Origin: Paracoccus suum
Lineage (GTDB): Bacteria; Pseudomonadota; Alphaproteobacteria; Rhodobacterales; Rhodobacteraceae
NCBI RefSeq assembly: GCF_003324675.1
Contig: NZ_CP030918.1
Location: 930,001 to 962,000 of the forward strand
Length of the DNA stretch: 32,000 nt
Reading direction: 5' to 3'
The position numbers and the translations under genes were made by a program. Positions 20,113 through 29,314 of the stretch are shown one piece after another. Under the pieces are notes generated by a model, which was not told where the DNA came from, made no database searches, and was given only the letters and a program-made list of their open reading frames with translations. Each line of letters opens with the position of its first letter. Position 1 is the first letter of the stretch.

Positions 20113-20721
20113 ATGACGGCAACCACGGGGACGGCATTGATCGTCGTCGACATGCAACTGGATTTCTGCCCCGGCGGGACGCTGGCTGTCGCGGGGGCTG
20201 ACGAGATTATTGCGCCGATCAACGCCATGATGCCTGATTTCGACGCGGTGATCCTGACCCAGGATTGGCACCCGCCGAACCATAGCAGCTTTGCCGACAA
20301 CCACCCCGACGCCAAGCCCTATGACGTGACGACGATGCCCTACGGCCCGCAGGTGCTATGGCCGAGACACTGCGTCATGGGCTCGGACGGGGCGCGGTTT
20401 CACCCGGATCTGCTGCTGGATTGCGCCGACATGATCGTGCGCAAGGGGTTTCGCGAACACATCGACAGCTATTCCACCTTCTTCGAGAATGATCACACGA
20501 CGCCTACCGGCCTTGGCGGCTATCTGCGCGACCGCGGGCTGACGCAGCTGACGCTGGTTGGCCTTGCGCATGATTTCTGCGTCGCGTGGAGCGCGGTCGA
20601 CGCGGTGCGCCTGGGCTTTTCGGTCGAGGTCCGTACCGAGGCGACGCGCGCCATCGACCTGGACGGGACCCGGATGCGGGCCGATGCAGTGATGCGTGCC
20701 GAAGGGGTGGTGCTGAAATGA
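20113..20721 (+). CDS. pncA: Nicotinamidase/pyrazinamidase
   Basis: Internal ATG 20113 preceded by GGGGGAA. Isochorismatase-fold motifs [17 protein letters not shown], and [10 protein letters not shown] (catalytic Cys). Confidence 0.9.
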   Translation: MTATTGTALIVVDMQLDFCPGGTLAVAGADEIIAPINAMMPDFDAVILTQDWHPPNHSSFADNHPDAKPYDVTTMPYGPQVLWPRHCVMGSDGARFHPDLLLDCADMIVRKGFREHIDSYSTFFENDHTTPTGLGGYLRDRGLTQLTLVGLAHDFCVAWSAVDAVRLGFSVEVRTEATRAIDLDGTRMRADAVMRAEGVVLK

Positions 20722-22037
20722 TCACCCCGGCCGTCGATATCGCGACGCGCGTTTACAACCACGCCTGGAAGATCGACCCGATCATCCGCAGCCTGATCGA
20801 CACCGATTTCTACAAGCTACTGATGTGCCAATCGGTTTTTCGCAACCGGCCCGATGTCAACGTCACCTTCAGCCTGATCAACCGCACCCCCAGCGTGCGC
20901 CTGGCCGAGCTGATCGACGAGGGCGAGTTGCGCGAGCAGCTGGACCATGTGCGCGATCTCAGCCTGACGCGGGGCGAGTCGACCTGGCTTCGCGGCAACA
21001 CCTTTTACGGCAAACGCCAGATGTTCCGCCCCGACTTCATGGAGTTCCTCGAGGGTCTGCGCCTGCCGCCCTATATCCTGGAAAAACGCGACGGCCAGTA
21101 CGAGCTGACTTTCGAGGGCCCCTGGCCCGAGGTCATGTTGTGGGAAATCCCGGCCCTCGCGATCCTGATGGAGTTGCGCTCGCGCGCGGTGCTGAAGGGC
21201 ATGGGCCGGTTCGAACTGCAGGTACTCTACGCCCGCGCCATGACCCGGCTTTGGGAAAAGATCGAGACCCTGCGGCAACTGGACGGGTTGCGTATCGCCG
21301 ATTTCGGTACCCGCCGGCGGCACAGCTTTCTTTGGCAGGACTGGTGCGTGCAGGCCATGCAGGAGGGCCTCGGCGAAGCTTCGCAGGGCGGGGCATTCAC
21401 AGGCACCAGCAACTGCCTGATCGCGATGCGCCGCGACATCGAAGCGATCGGCACCAACGCGCATGAGCTGCCGATGGTCTATGCCGCGCTGACGGACAGC
21501 GACGCGGCGCTGCGGCAGGCGCCTTATCGCGTTCTGGCCGATTGGCACGAGGAGCATGACGGCAACCTGCGCGTGATGCTGCCCGACACCTACGGCACGC
21601 GCGGCTTTCTGAATGGCGCGCCCGACTGGCTGGCGGGCTGGACCGGCATCCGCATCGATTCAGGCGACCCGGTCGCGACTGCCGAATATGCGATCCGCTG
21701 GTGGCAGTCGCGCGGCGAGGATCCGCGTGAAAAGCTGGTAATCTTTTCAGACGGGCTGGATGTGGCCGAGATCGCCATGCTGCACGCGCGGTTCAATGGC
21801 CGGGTGAAGGTCAGCTTCGGCTGGGGCACGCTGCTGACCAATGATTTCCGCGGGCTGGTGCAGGGCGACGGGTTGGCGCCTTTCAGCCTGGTCTGCAAGG
21901 CGGTCGCAGCCAATGGCCGCCCGACCGTCAAGCTGTCGGACAATCCCGAAAAGGCGACCGGCCCGGCCGACCTGATCGCCCATTACCGCAAGGTGTTCGA
22001 CGTCGGCCCGCAGGAACGTCGCGCCCTGGCGGTCTGA
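20718..22037 (+). CDS. pncB: Nicotinate phosphoribosyltransferase
   Basis: Internal ATG 20718 overlaps the pncA stop (ATGA), giving 439 aa. Contains [17 protein letters not shown] and SDGLD blocks typical of PncB. Confidence 0.92.
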   Translation: MITPAVDIATRVYNHAWKIDPIIRSLIDTDFYKLLMCQSVFRNRPDVNVTFSLINRTPSVRLAELIDEGELREQLDHVRDLSLTRGESTWLRGNTFYGKRQMFRPDFMEFLEGLRLPPYILEKRDGQYELTFEGPWPEVMLWEIPALAILMELRSRAVLKGMGRFELQVLYARAMTRLWEKIETLRQLDGLRIADFGTRRRHSFLWQDWCVQAMQEGLGEASQGGAFTGTSNCLIAMRRDIEAIGTNAHELPMVYAALTDSDAALRQAPYRVLADWHEEHDGNLRVMLPDTYGTRGFLNGAPDWLAGWTGIRIDSGDPVATAEYAIRWWQSRGEDPREKLVIFSDGLDVAEIAMLHARFNGRVKVSFGWGTLLTNDFRGLVQGDGLAPFSLVCKAVAANGRPTVKLSDNPEKATGPADLIAHYRKVFDVGPQERRALAV

Positions 22038-22049
22038 GTTTCCGCGTTT

Positions 22050-22703
22050 CTACTTGCGGCGCTTGTCCGACTTCTTGGGCATCAACCTGCCGGACGTGAC
22101 CAGTTCCGGCAGCGACAGGATCAGATCGCGCAGCCCTGCCTCGGCGACCAGCGGGGCGGCCTCCTCGGGGCGGAACCATTTCAATTTGCGCTCGCCGGCC
22201 TCGGGGAAGCGTGACTTCAGCCGGCGCACGATTACCGCAAACACCCGGACCTCGATAGGAATGGCGAACGCCTGGTCCTGCAGCTTGGCATAGTGATACC
22301 GGCCGAGTTCGGTCTGGCCGACCACGCCCTCGACCCCGGCCTCCTCCCACGCCTCCTGCAAGGCGGTTCCGGGCAGCGAGAACTTGCGCATCGGCCATCC
22401 CTTGGGGACGACCCAGCGCCCCGTCCCGCGGCTGGTGATCAGCAGGACACGATCACGCGCCTCGTTCAGACACAGGGCCGCGACCTGGGTCTCGGGCTTT
22501 TTTCGTCGGACGGGGATCGAGATGTCCGGCGCGCCGGGGGCGATGGCGGCATTGGGGGTTTTCAACAGGGCCGCGGGTGCCGGAGGCTGGGCCGATCCGT
22601 TTGCGTACACGACCGCCACGTCATCGCGCGCGGCGCCCTTGTGCGCTTGGGGGGCACGGGCGTCGTTTTTGGGCGGTTTATCCTGGTGCCGTCCCTTGCT
22701 CAC
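22050..22703 (-). CDS. Nudix-family hydrolase with basic low-complexity N-terminus
   Basis: Only the C-terminal ~150 aa of ORF 22050..23345 look genuine (VVPKGWPMRKFSLPGTALQEAWEEAGVEG Nudix-like box). Start proposed at GTG 22703, overlapping the arfB stop as GTGA. GTG codons near 22619 are alternatives. Confidence 0.65.
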   Translation of the reverse strand: MSKGRHQDKPPKNDARAPQAHKGAARDDVAVVYANGSAQPPAPAALLKTPNAAIAPGAPDISIPVRRKKPETQVAALCLNEARDRVLLITSRGTGRWVVPKGWPMRKFSLPGTALQEAWEEAGVEGVVGQTELGRYHYAKLQDQAFAIPIEVRVFAVIVRRLKSRFPEAGERKLKWFRPEEAAPLVAEAGLRDLILSLPELVTSGRLMPKKSDKRRK

Positions 22704-23122
22704 TCGGCATCCTCGATCCGGGCGCGGGCCACCTTGACCTCGCCGCGAACGGCCTTTGCCTTCAGACGCCGGCGCACGCTGCCGAGCGTCGGGCGGGTGC
22801 GGATGCGGGGTGCGGGCGGCACCAGCGCCTCGCGGACCAGTTCTGCCAGCCGCTCGCGCGCAAGGGCGCGGTTCCTGACCTGGCTGCGCGTCTCCTCGGC
22901 GCGGATGACGATGGCGCCGTCCAGCGTCCAGCGCCGCCCGGCCAGTCGGCGCAGGCGGCGCTTGACCGCATCGGACAGATGGGGCGAGCGTTCCGCCTCG
23001 AAGCGCAACTCGACCGCGGTCGAGACCTTGTTCACGTTCTGCCCGCCGGGCCCCTGGGCCCGGGTGAACTGCTCTGACAGCTCCCAATCCTCCAGGGACA
23101 CCTGTTCCGAAATTCTCAACAT
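22700..23122 (-). CDS. arfB: Alternative ribosome-rescue factor ArfB (peptidyl-tRNA hydrolase, GGQ)
   Basis: 140 aa from ATG 23122, with the GGQ motif (QGPGGQNVNKVSTAV) and a basic C-terminal tail (RRRLKAKAVRGEVK). Confidence 0.88.
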   Translation of the reverse strand: MLRISEQVSLEDWELSEQFTRAQGPGGQNVNKVSTAVELRFEAERSPHLSDAVKRRLRRLAGRRWTLDGAIVIRAEETRSQVRNRALARERLAELVREALVPPAPRIRTRPTLGSVRRRLKAKAVRGEVKVARARIEDAE

Positions 23123-23230
23123 GACAACGAAGATAGTCTGCAACTCGGCAGGTGAAAGGGCCAAATAGCCCAAATAAATCAGGGGCCCCGCCCCGGCTGC
23201 GGAACCCCCAAAACTCGCTGCTGCCGACCG

Positions 23231-24340
23231 TCAGGGCGCGGGCTTGGCCTCGGTCGTCTGGTTGATCTTGGTTGCCAGGAAGTAGTCGAACGGCAATTCG
23301 CACACCCGGTTCCAGGTCCGGGCCTTTTCGGCGAACGCCTTCCACGGCTCATAGATCTTTCGGAACGCCTCGTTGCTGCCGGCGATTTCGTCATACATCT
23401 TGAACGCCTCGACATAGGCGGCCTGCATGACTTCGTCGGGGAAGGTTCGCAGTTGCGCGCCCTGGGCGACCAGTTTGTAGACCGCCTCGGGGTTGCGGGC
23501 GTCGTATTTGGCCAGGCAATCGACCAGCGTCGCCGAGGACGCGGTTTCCAGCGCGGCCTGGTATTCGGGGGGCAGCCCTTTCCACTTGTCGAGGTTGATG
23601 AACAGCCCGACGTTGGCCGTCCCCTCCCACCAGCCGGGGGCGTAATAGTAGGGCGCGACTTTTACGAACCCCAGCTTCTCGTCATCGTACGGACCCGAGA
23701 ATTCCGCCGCGTCGATGGTGCCCTTTTCCAGCGCGGCATAGATGTCCCCGCCGCCGATCTGCTGCGGCACCACGCCCAGCCGGCTGAGGATGTTGCCACC
23801 CAGCCCGGCGATCCGCAGCTTGAGGCCCGAGAGGTCCGCGACGCTGTTGATCTCCTTGCGATACCAGCCGCCCATCTGCGCGCCAGTGTTGCCCGACGGA
23901 ATCGCGTAGACGTTATGCGGCACGAGGAATTCGTTGATCAGCTCTCGCCCGCCGCCCTGGAAAAGCCAGGCATTGTGTTGGCGGGTGTTCAGGCCGAACG
24001 GCAGCGAGGTGTCAAAGGCAAACGTCGGATCCTTGCCGATGTTGAAGCTGCCCAGCGAATGGGCGCATTCCACGGTGCCCGCGCCCGCCGCCTCCAGCGC
24101 CTGCAGCGCCGGGACGATCTCACCGGGGGCGAACACCTGAAGCGTGAAATTGCCGTCGGTCAGCGCAGAAACGCGCTCGGCCAGCCCCTCTGAAATGCCG
24201 TAGAGGGTGTCGAGGCTTTTCGGGTAGCTCGAGGTCAGGCGCCATTGCACCTTGGGCGCGCCCTGCGCCAGGGCCGGCGCGGCCAATGCCGCAGCCGCGC
24301 CGCCGACGCCGGCGGTCGAAATAAAGGTCCTGCGATCCAT
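23231..24340 (-). CDS. TRAP transporter substrate-binding protein (DctP family)
   Basis: 369 aa, with GGGGAGG SD. Twin-arginine signal MDRRTFISTAGVGGAAAALAAPALAQG. The body resembles DctP-type periplasmic binding proteins. Confidence 0.85.
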   Translation of the reverse strand: MDRRTFISTAGVGGAAAALAAPALAQGAPKVQWRLTSSYPKSLDTLYGISEGLAERVSALTDGNFTLQVFAPGEIVPALQALEAAGAGTVECAHSLGSFNIGKDPTFAFDTSLPFGLNTRQHNAWLFQGGGRELINEFLVPHNVYAIPSGNTGAQMGGWYRKEINSVADLSGLKLRIAGLGGNILSRLGVVPQQIGGGDIYAALEKGTIDAAEFSGPYDDEKLGFVKVAPYYYAPGWWEGTANVGLFINLDKWKGLPPEYQAALETASSATLVDCLAKYDARNPEAVYKLVAQGAQLRTFPDEVMQAAYVEAFKMYDEIAGSNEAFRKIYEPWKAFAEKARTWNRVCELPFDYFLATKINQTTEAKPAP

Positions 24341-24481
24341 TGTGCCTCCCCGCGGCGATGATGTGTCTCTGGCGAGGCTAGCGGCCTTCGCCAGGCGAGG
24401 GTAGGGGGCTGCAGGCGGGGCGCTTGCAAAGGGATGCCAAACATGGTGCCAGTCCCCCGTGATCCATGATGAGGTTTGCCC

Positions 24482-25885
24482 ATGTCCACTCCGACCGCAC
24501 TCGACCTAGGTCCGCGCACGATCACCTGCTTCAAGGCGTATGACGTTCGCGGCAAGCTGGGCAGTGAACTGGACGAAGACATCGCTTATCGCATCGGCCG
24601 TGCCTTCGCCCAGGCGCGTGGCGCGAAATCTGTGGTCGTCGGCCGCGACAGCCGCGAAAGCTCGCCCGTGCTGGCCGCCGCGCTGACGCGCGGACTGACC
24701 GAGGGCGGGGCGGACGTTCTGGACCTGGGCCTCGCCGGCACCGAGGAGGTCTATTTCGCGACCCCGCACTACGATGCCGATGGAGGGATCGAGGTGACAG
24801 CCTCGCACAATCCCATCGATTATAACGGCATGAAGATGGTCGCGGCAGGCAGCGCGCCACTGGATCCGGCGTCCGACCTGCCGCCGATCGTCGCCCTCGC
24901 CCAGTCCGGCAGTTTTGCCGCCCCTGCCCGTGTCGGCGAGGTCCGCGCGATCCCCGAATCGCGCACGGCCTATGCCAAGGCGGTGGTCGATTTCATCGAC
25001 GTGTCGGTGCTGAAACCGATGAAGATCCTGGTCAACGCCGGCAATGGCACTGCCGGGCCGACCTTCGACGCAATCGCGGCGGAGCTCGAGGCACGCGGCG
25101 CGCCGCTGACTTTTATCCGCATCAACCATGAGGTCGATTCGTCCTTTCCCAACGGGATTCCGAACCCTCTGCTGGATGAAAACCAAGCCATGACGGCGGA
25201 CCCGGTGCGCGCGAATCGCGCCGATCTCGGGATCGCCTGGGACGGCGACTTCGACCGCTGCTTTTTCTTCGATGGCGCGGGGCGGTTCATTCCCGGCGAA
25301 TATATCGTCGGCCTGTTGGGCGCGGCTTTCCTGGAAAAATCCCCGGGCGAGAAGATCGTTCACGACCCCCGCGTCATCATGAACACGCGCGCCATGATCG
25401 AGGAGGCCGGCGGCGTCGCCGTGGTCAGCAAGACCGGCCATGCCTTCCTCAAGCGCAAGATGCGCGACGAAGGTGCGATCTACGGCGGCGAGATGTCGGC
25501 CCACCATTATTTCCGCGACTTCCACTATGCCGACAGCGGCATGATCCCGTGGCTGCTGGTGGTCGAGTTGCTCAGCCGCAAAGGCAAGACCCTGGCCGAG
25601 ATGCTGGACGAGCGGATGCGCGCCTATCCGTCCTCGGGCGAGGCAAACTTTCGCATTGCTGACCCCGACGCCGCCATCGCGCGTGTGGTGGATCACTTTG
25701 CCAGCCAGAAACCGCGGCGGGACGATCTGGACGGGGTCAGCCTGGATTTCGGCGACTGGCGGTTCAACATCCGCAAGTCGAACACCGAGCCGGTGGTGCG
25801 CCTGAATGTCGAGGGCAAGGGCGATGCGGCGGCCGTTGCAGCCCACCGCGACGAAATCGCGGCCCTGCTGACCGCGGCGGGCTAA
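24482..25885 (+). CDS. manB: Phosphomannomutase/phosphoglucomutase
   Basis: ATG 24482 has GAGG 7 nt upstream (the track ORF begins at a TTG two codons earlier). Contains FKAYDVRGKLG, the phosphoserine loop TASHNP, and DGDFDR, matching CpsG/ManB-type enzymes. Confidence 0.9.
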   Translation: MSTPTALDLGPRTITCFKAYDVRGKLGSELDEDIAYRIGRAFAQARGAKSVVVGRDSRESSPVLAAALTRGLTEGGADVLDLGLAGTEEVYFATPHYDADGGIEVTASHNPIDYNGMKMVAAGSAPLDPASDLPPIVALAQSGSFAAPARVGEVRAIPESRTAYAKAVVDFIDVSVLKPMKILVNAGNGTAGPTFDAIAAELEARGAPLTFIRINHEVDSSFPNGIPNPLLDENQAMTADPVRANRADLGIAWDGDFDRCFFFDGAGRFIPGEYIVGLLGAAFLEKSPGEKIVHDPRVIMNTRAMIEEAGGVAVVSKTGHAFLKRKMRDEGAIYGGEMSAHHYFRDFHYADSGMIPWLLVVELLSRKGKTLAEMLDERMRAYPSSGEANFRIADPDAAIARVVDHFASQKPRRDDLDGVSLDFGDWRFNIRKSNTEPVVRLNVEGKGDAAAVAAHRDEIAALLTAAG

Positions 25886-25916
25886 GGGCGCGGAGACTGG
25901 CCGCCTAAAGGTGCGG

Positions 25917-26642
25917 TCAGTCGTCGTCCGCGGTGATGACAGCCTGCCCAGGCACCGCGACGGCCGGCATGATGACACGCGATCGCGGCACGCCCAGCAG
26001 ATCCTCGTGCATCGCGATGGCCTCCTCGACATCGTCAAAGAAGGTCAGCCGGGCCTGGTGCAGCACCGCTGCCTGAGTGCAAAGGCGCCGAATCAGCGCC
26101 AGCGAGTGACTGACAACGATGGCGCCCGCGCGGCTCATCCGGTCCTGGAAGACCTCCTCGGACCGGCGGCGGAAATCGCCATCGCCGACGCTGGTTACCT
26201 CGTCGATCAGGTAAGTATCGAAGGCGATTCCCATCGAGGTGCCGAAGGCGACGCGCGAGCGCATGCCCGACGAGAAGGTGTAATACGGCCTGTCGAAATG
26301 ATGGCCGAGATTGGCGAACTCGCGCACGAAATCCGCCAGTTCGTCGGTGTCGACGCCGTAGATCCGGGCGACAAAGCGCACGTTCTGGGCGGCCGTCAGC
26401 TCGGGGTGGAAGGACGCGGCAAAGCCGACCGGCCACGAGATCGTGCCGTCCGACCAGATCCGCCCTGAGGTTGGCAGCATGGTCCCCGAGATCATGCGGA
26501 TCAGCGAGGACTTGCCAGCCCCGTTGCGGCCCAGCAGCCCGACCGAGGCGCCGGTCGCGAAGGTCGCGTTGATCTGATCCGCAACCAGGGTGGTGACCCC
26601 GCGCGAGCGGTAGACCTTGGTGACGTTTTCCAGCCGGATCAT
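25917..26642 (-). CDS. kpsT: Capsule-polysaccharide-type ABC exporter, ATP-binding protein (KpsT-like)
   Basis: Internal ATG 26642 lies 4 nt after the kpsE stop. Walker A GRNGAGKSS, signature-like FSSGMRSR, Walker B YLIDEV. About 240 aa like KpsT/CtrD. Confidence 0.85.
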   Translation of the reverse strand: MIRLENVTKVYRSRGVTTLVADQINATFATGASVGLLGRNGAGKSSLIRMISGTMLPTSGRIWSDGTISWPVGFAASFHPELTAAQNVRFVARIYGVDTDELADFVREFANLGHHFDRPYYTFSSGMRSRVAFGTSMGIAFDTYLIDEVTSVGDGDFRRRSEEVFQDRMSRAGAIVVSHSLALIRRLCTQAAVLHQARLTFFDDVEEAIAMHEDLLGVPRSRVIMPAVAVPGQAVITADDD

Positions 26643-26646
26643 CGGA

Positions 26647-28371
26647 TCAGGCGCGGTCCCGCACGCTGTAATAGACCAGCAGCAGGATCGACCAGCCAAG
26701 TGTCAGGAACAGCGCCATCAGCGCCAGAACCATGGGCCGGTTCGGCCGCTGCGACTGCTCTGACAACTGGGGCACGATGTGGGCGGCAAGATAGCGCGTC
26801 TGGCGCTGCGCCTCGCCCAGGGCCTTGTCATAGGTCGCGCGGGCAGCGGTATAGGTCGCCTCGGCAAAGGTGCGATCGGCGGTCAACTGTTCGTAATCCG
26901 CGACCAGCTTGGCGTAACTCTCGCCGCCCGGGCCGTCGCGCGACGTGCTGAACTTGTCCCGCTCCTGCTGGATGCGGCTCTCGATGGCGCCGATCTTTTT
27001 CTTGCCCTGCTCAAAGCGCGGATCGGATTCGAGCGTGCCATTCTCGACCAGCATGTCCTGCGCGACGAGTGCCGCGGCAAGTTGGCTCTGCAGTTGCGTG
27101 AGGATGCCCATCTGGCTCTCGAACTCCGCCTTGGGATCGACCAGCTGGGTGCGGGTGCGGTACTGGGTCATGCGGCCCCGCACCTCCTCGACCCGCTGTT
27201 CGGCCTTGTTCAACTCCTCGCGGGCGTAGCGGGTGGCATCCTCGCGCGCCTGGTCTGAGAGCCGGTTCACGGTCTTGCTGCTGGCATCATAGATGGCATC
27301 GGCAATGGTCTTGGCGTCCTGCGGCGAGAAGGCGGCCGTCTTGACGGTGATGATGCCCGTCTTGTCGTCGCTGAGGACGGTGACCTGTCGGTTCCAGTAT
27401 TTGACCAGGTCCTCGATCGTGCCCGAGGGGTCATAGGCATAGACGAAATCCCGAGGCCAGCCGGCCGAGAATCGTGCCTTGAGGTCGATGGTGTTGTTCA
27501 CTGCCCGGACCATGTCCTCGCTGCGGATGAACTGGTAGAGGATGTTCTGATCGGACGCCCCGCCTGACGAGGTGAATGCCCCGAGCCCGCCGAGAAGGTC
27601 GATCCCGCCTTTCTGGTCTTCCTTGCGGACCGAGAATCCCATGACCGAGACATACTGGTCCTGCGCGCGTGTCCACAGGTACCAGGCGGATGCAGTAAGC
27701 GGCAGAAGGACCAGGACCAGGAAGCTGAGAATCAGCATCCAGTGTCGGAACTTGGGCCGGGCCCTTCCGGCTGGCGCGCGCTGGACCCCTGCGCCAGCAT
27801 GCGGCGGTGCTGGCGGAATGGCAGGCGGGGCGGCGGCTAGCGGCATGGGGGTGACCTGGCGCACGGCGGGCTGGGCAGCGGCGGCCGGCCGGGCCGGGAC
27901 GGGCGGCTGTGCGGCGGCGGGGGCCGGTTGGATCGGCGCCGGGCGAGGCGGGGCAGAGGGGACAGGCTCGGCGGGCGCGGCCTGAGCTGCGGGCGCCGGC
28001 TTGGCAGGTGCGGGCTGAGGGGCTGGGGCGGGCTGTGCGGGAGCAGCCGGAGCAGGGATGGACGGCGTCGCTTGCGGGATCGACGCCGCGGCTGTGGCGG
28101 TCGGTTGCCCAGTCGCGGCTGGAGGAGCTGGGGCTGCCTGCGGCGGCGTCGCCGGTGAGGGCGCGGCTGCCGACATTGCGGAAGCGATGGGGGGCGCCGG
28201 AACTGTGGAAGCAGTCGATGCGGGCTGCGTGGCAGCACCCGCCGCGCCGCCGGCGGTAATCGCCGCGCCGGCCGCCGGCACGCTGTCGCTCGGACTGGTC
28301 TGGACCCTGGGTGCCGCGGTTACGGCCGCCCCCGAGGTTTCGGGCCGGGGGGAGGGAGATTGGCTCACCAC
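26647..28371 (-). CDS. kpsE: Capsule export inner-membrane/periplasmic adaptor (KpsE/CtrB, PCP-3-like) with a possible Pro/Ala-rich N-terminal extension
   Basis: Residues from about 205 to 574 look KpsE-like: TM (WMLILSFLVLVLLPL), a large coiled-coil-rich periplasmic part, and a C-terminal TM (VLALMALFLTLGWSILLLVYY). GTG 28371 has AAGGAAA 8 nt upstream. Internal ATG 27846 would give a canonical-length protein but has no SD. Confidence 0.7.
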   Translation of the reverse strand: MVSQSPSPRPETSGAAVTAAPRVQTSPSDSVPAAGAAITAGGAAGAATQPASTASTVPAPPIASAMSAAAPSPATPPQAAPAPPAATGQPTATAAASIPQATPSIPAPAAPAQPAPAPQPAPAKPAPAAQAAPAEPVPSAPPRPAPIQPAPAAAQPPVPARPAAAAQPAVRQVTPMPLAAAPPAIPPAPPHAGAGVQRAPAGRARPKFRHWMLILSFLVLVLLPLTASAWYLWTRAQDQYVSVMGFSVRKEDQKGGIDLLGGLGAFTSSGGASDQNILYQFIRSEDMVRAVNNTIDLKARFSAGWPRDFVYAYDPSGTIEDLVKYWNRQVTVLSDDKTGIITVKTAAFSPQDAKTIADAIYDASSKTVNRLSDQAREDATRYAREELNKAEQRVEEVRGRMTQYRTRTQLVDPKAEFESQMGILTQLQSQLAAALVAQDMLVENGTLESDPRFEQGKKKIGAIESRIQQERDKFSTSRDGPGGESYAKLVADYEQLTADRTFAEATYTAARATYDKALGEAQRQTRYLAAHIVPQLSEQSQRPNRPMVLALMALFLTLGWSILLLVYYSVRDRA

Positions 28372-28452
28372 TGCGGCTTTCCTTGTTCAAATCGTGGCCG
28401 CTTGTTACATACTGGGCTGCCGCAAGGCCAGAGATCAGATTTGCGTGACGCC

Positions 28453-29313
28453 ATGGCCCAGCCGACCCTTACCGACAGCGCCGGTCTTACCACCCCGCCA
28501 ACCGCGGCGGTCATGACGCCCCTGCGCGCCCCCGCCCAGCGGCCCAAGATCAGGTTCAAGATGGTGCGGATCGTCGCGGCGCTGATGCTGCGTGAGATCG
28601 CGACCCGCTACGGCCGCTCCCCCGGGGGCTACCTCTGGGTACTGGCCGAGCCGATGGCCGGCATTGCCCTGTTGTCGTTCATCTTTTCGATCACACTCGC
28701 TGCGCCGGCGATCGGCACCAACTTCCCGCTGTTCTATGCCAGCGGTTTCCTGCCTTTCGCCATGTACATGGAGCTCTCAGGAACGGTTGCGCGCTCGATC
28801 GCTTTCTCGCGGCCGTTTCTACAGTATCCGCCTGTAACCTATACAGATGCCCTTATCGCGCGCGTCCTATTGAATTTCGTTACGCAAATTGTCGTGTGCG
28901 GCATGATTTTTACGGGAATCGACCTGTTTTACGGCCTGCATACGGTATGGAACATACCCGCTCTTCTGGAGGGGGCAGTCCTCACCGCCCTGCTTGCGGT
29001 CGGGGTGGGGGTCATGAATTGCTATCTTTTTCTCGAGTTCCCGATTTGGGAGCGCATATGGTCAATTCTGATGCGACCGCTTTTCCTGATCTCGGGCGTA
29101 TTCTACCTCTATTCCTCAATGCCGATGGCGGCCCAGAATGTGCTTTGGTTCAATCCATTGGTGCATTGCGTTGCCCTTGTGCGACGCGGCATTTACGGCA
29201 CCTATGATGCCAGCTACGCCAGCCCCGCCTATGTGCTGATAGTCAGCGGGGTGCTGATCTTCTTCGGCATGCTGCTGTTGAACCGTCATCACCTGCGCCT
29301 GCTCGAGCGATAG
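28453..29313 (+). CDS. kpsM: Capsule-polysaccharide-type ABC-2 exporter permease (KpsM-like)
   Basis: The block VAALMLREIATRYGRSPGGYLWVLAEPMAG parallels the E. coli KpsM N-terminus, and multiple TM segments follow. Start is uncertain (ATG 28453, 28513 or 28561; none has a clear SD). Diverges from kpsE. Confidence 0.8.
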   Translation: MAQPTLTDSAGLTTPPTAAVMTPLRAPAQRPKIRFKMVRIVAALMLREIATRYGRSPGGYLWVLAEPMAGIALLSFIFSITLAAPAIGTNFPLFYASGFLPFAMYMELSGTVARSIAFSRPFLQYPPVTYTDALIARVLLNFVTQIVVCGMIFTGIDLFYGLHTVWNIPALLEGAVLTALLAVGVGVMNCYLFLEFPIWERIWSILMRPLFLISGVFYLYSSMPMAAQNVLWFNPLVHCVALVRRGIYGTYDASYASPAYVLIVSGVLIFFGMLLLNRHHLRLLER

Positions 29314-29314
29314 G

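Noticed and set aside
22704-23345. N-terminal 214 codons of ORF 22050..23345 (-), which would make a 431-aa Nudix fusion.
   Set aside because: This part overlaps the well-supported arfB gene (GGQ motif) in another frame and translates to Arg/Gly/Pro-rich sequence. Only the portion downstream of the arfB stop looks like a real protein.
24435-24451. Sigma-54-like element on the minus strand upstream of the TRAP binding protein (TGGCACcatgtTTGGCA, with a second overlapping TGGCAtccctTTGCA).
   Set aside because: The GG-to-GC spacing is one nucleotide too long in the first reading and one too short in the second. Sigma-54 promoters are strict about this spacing, so neither is a proper -24/-12 match.
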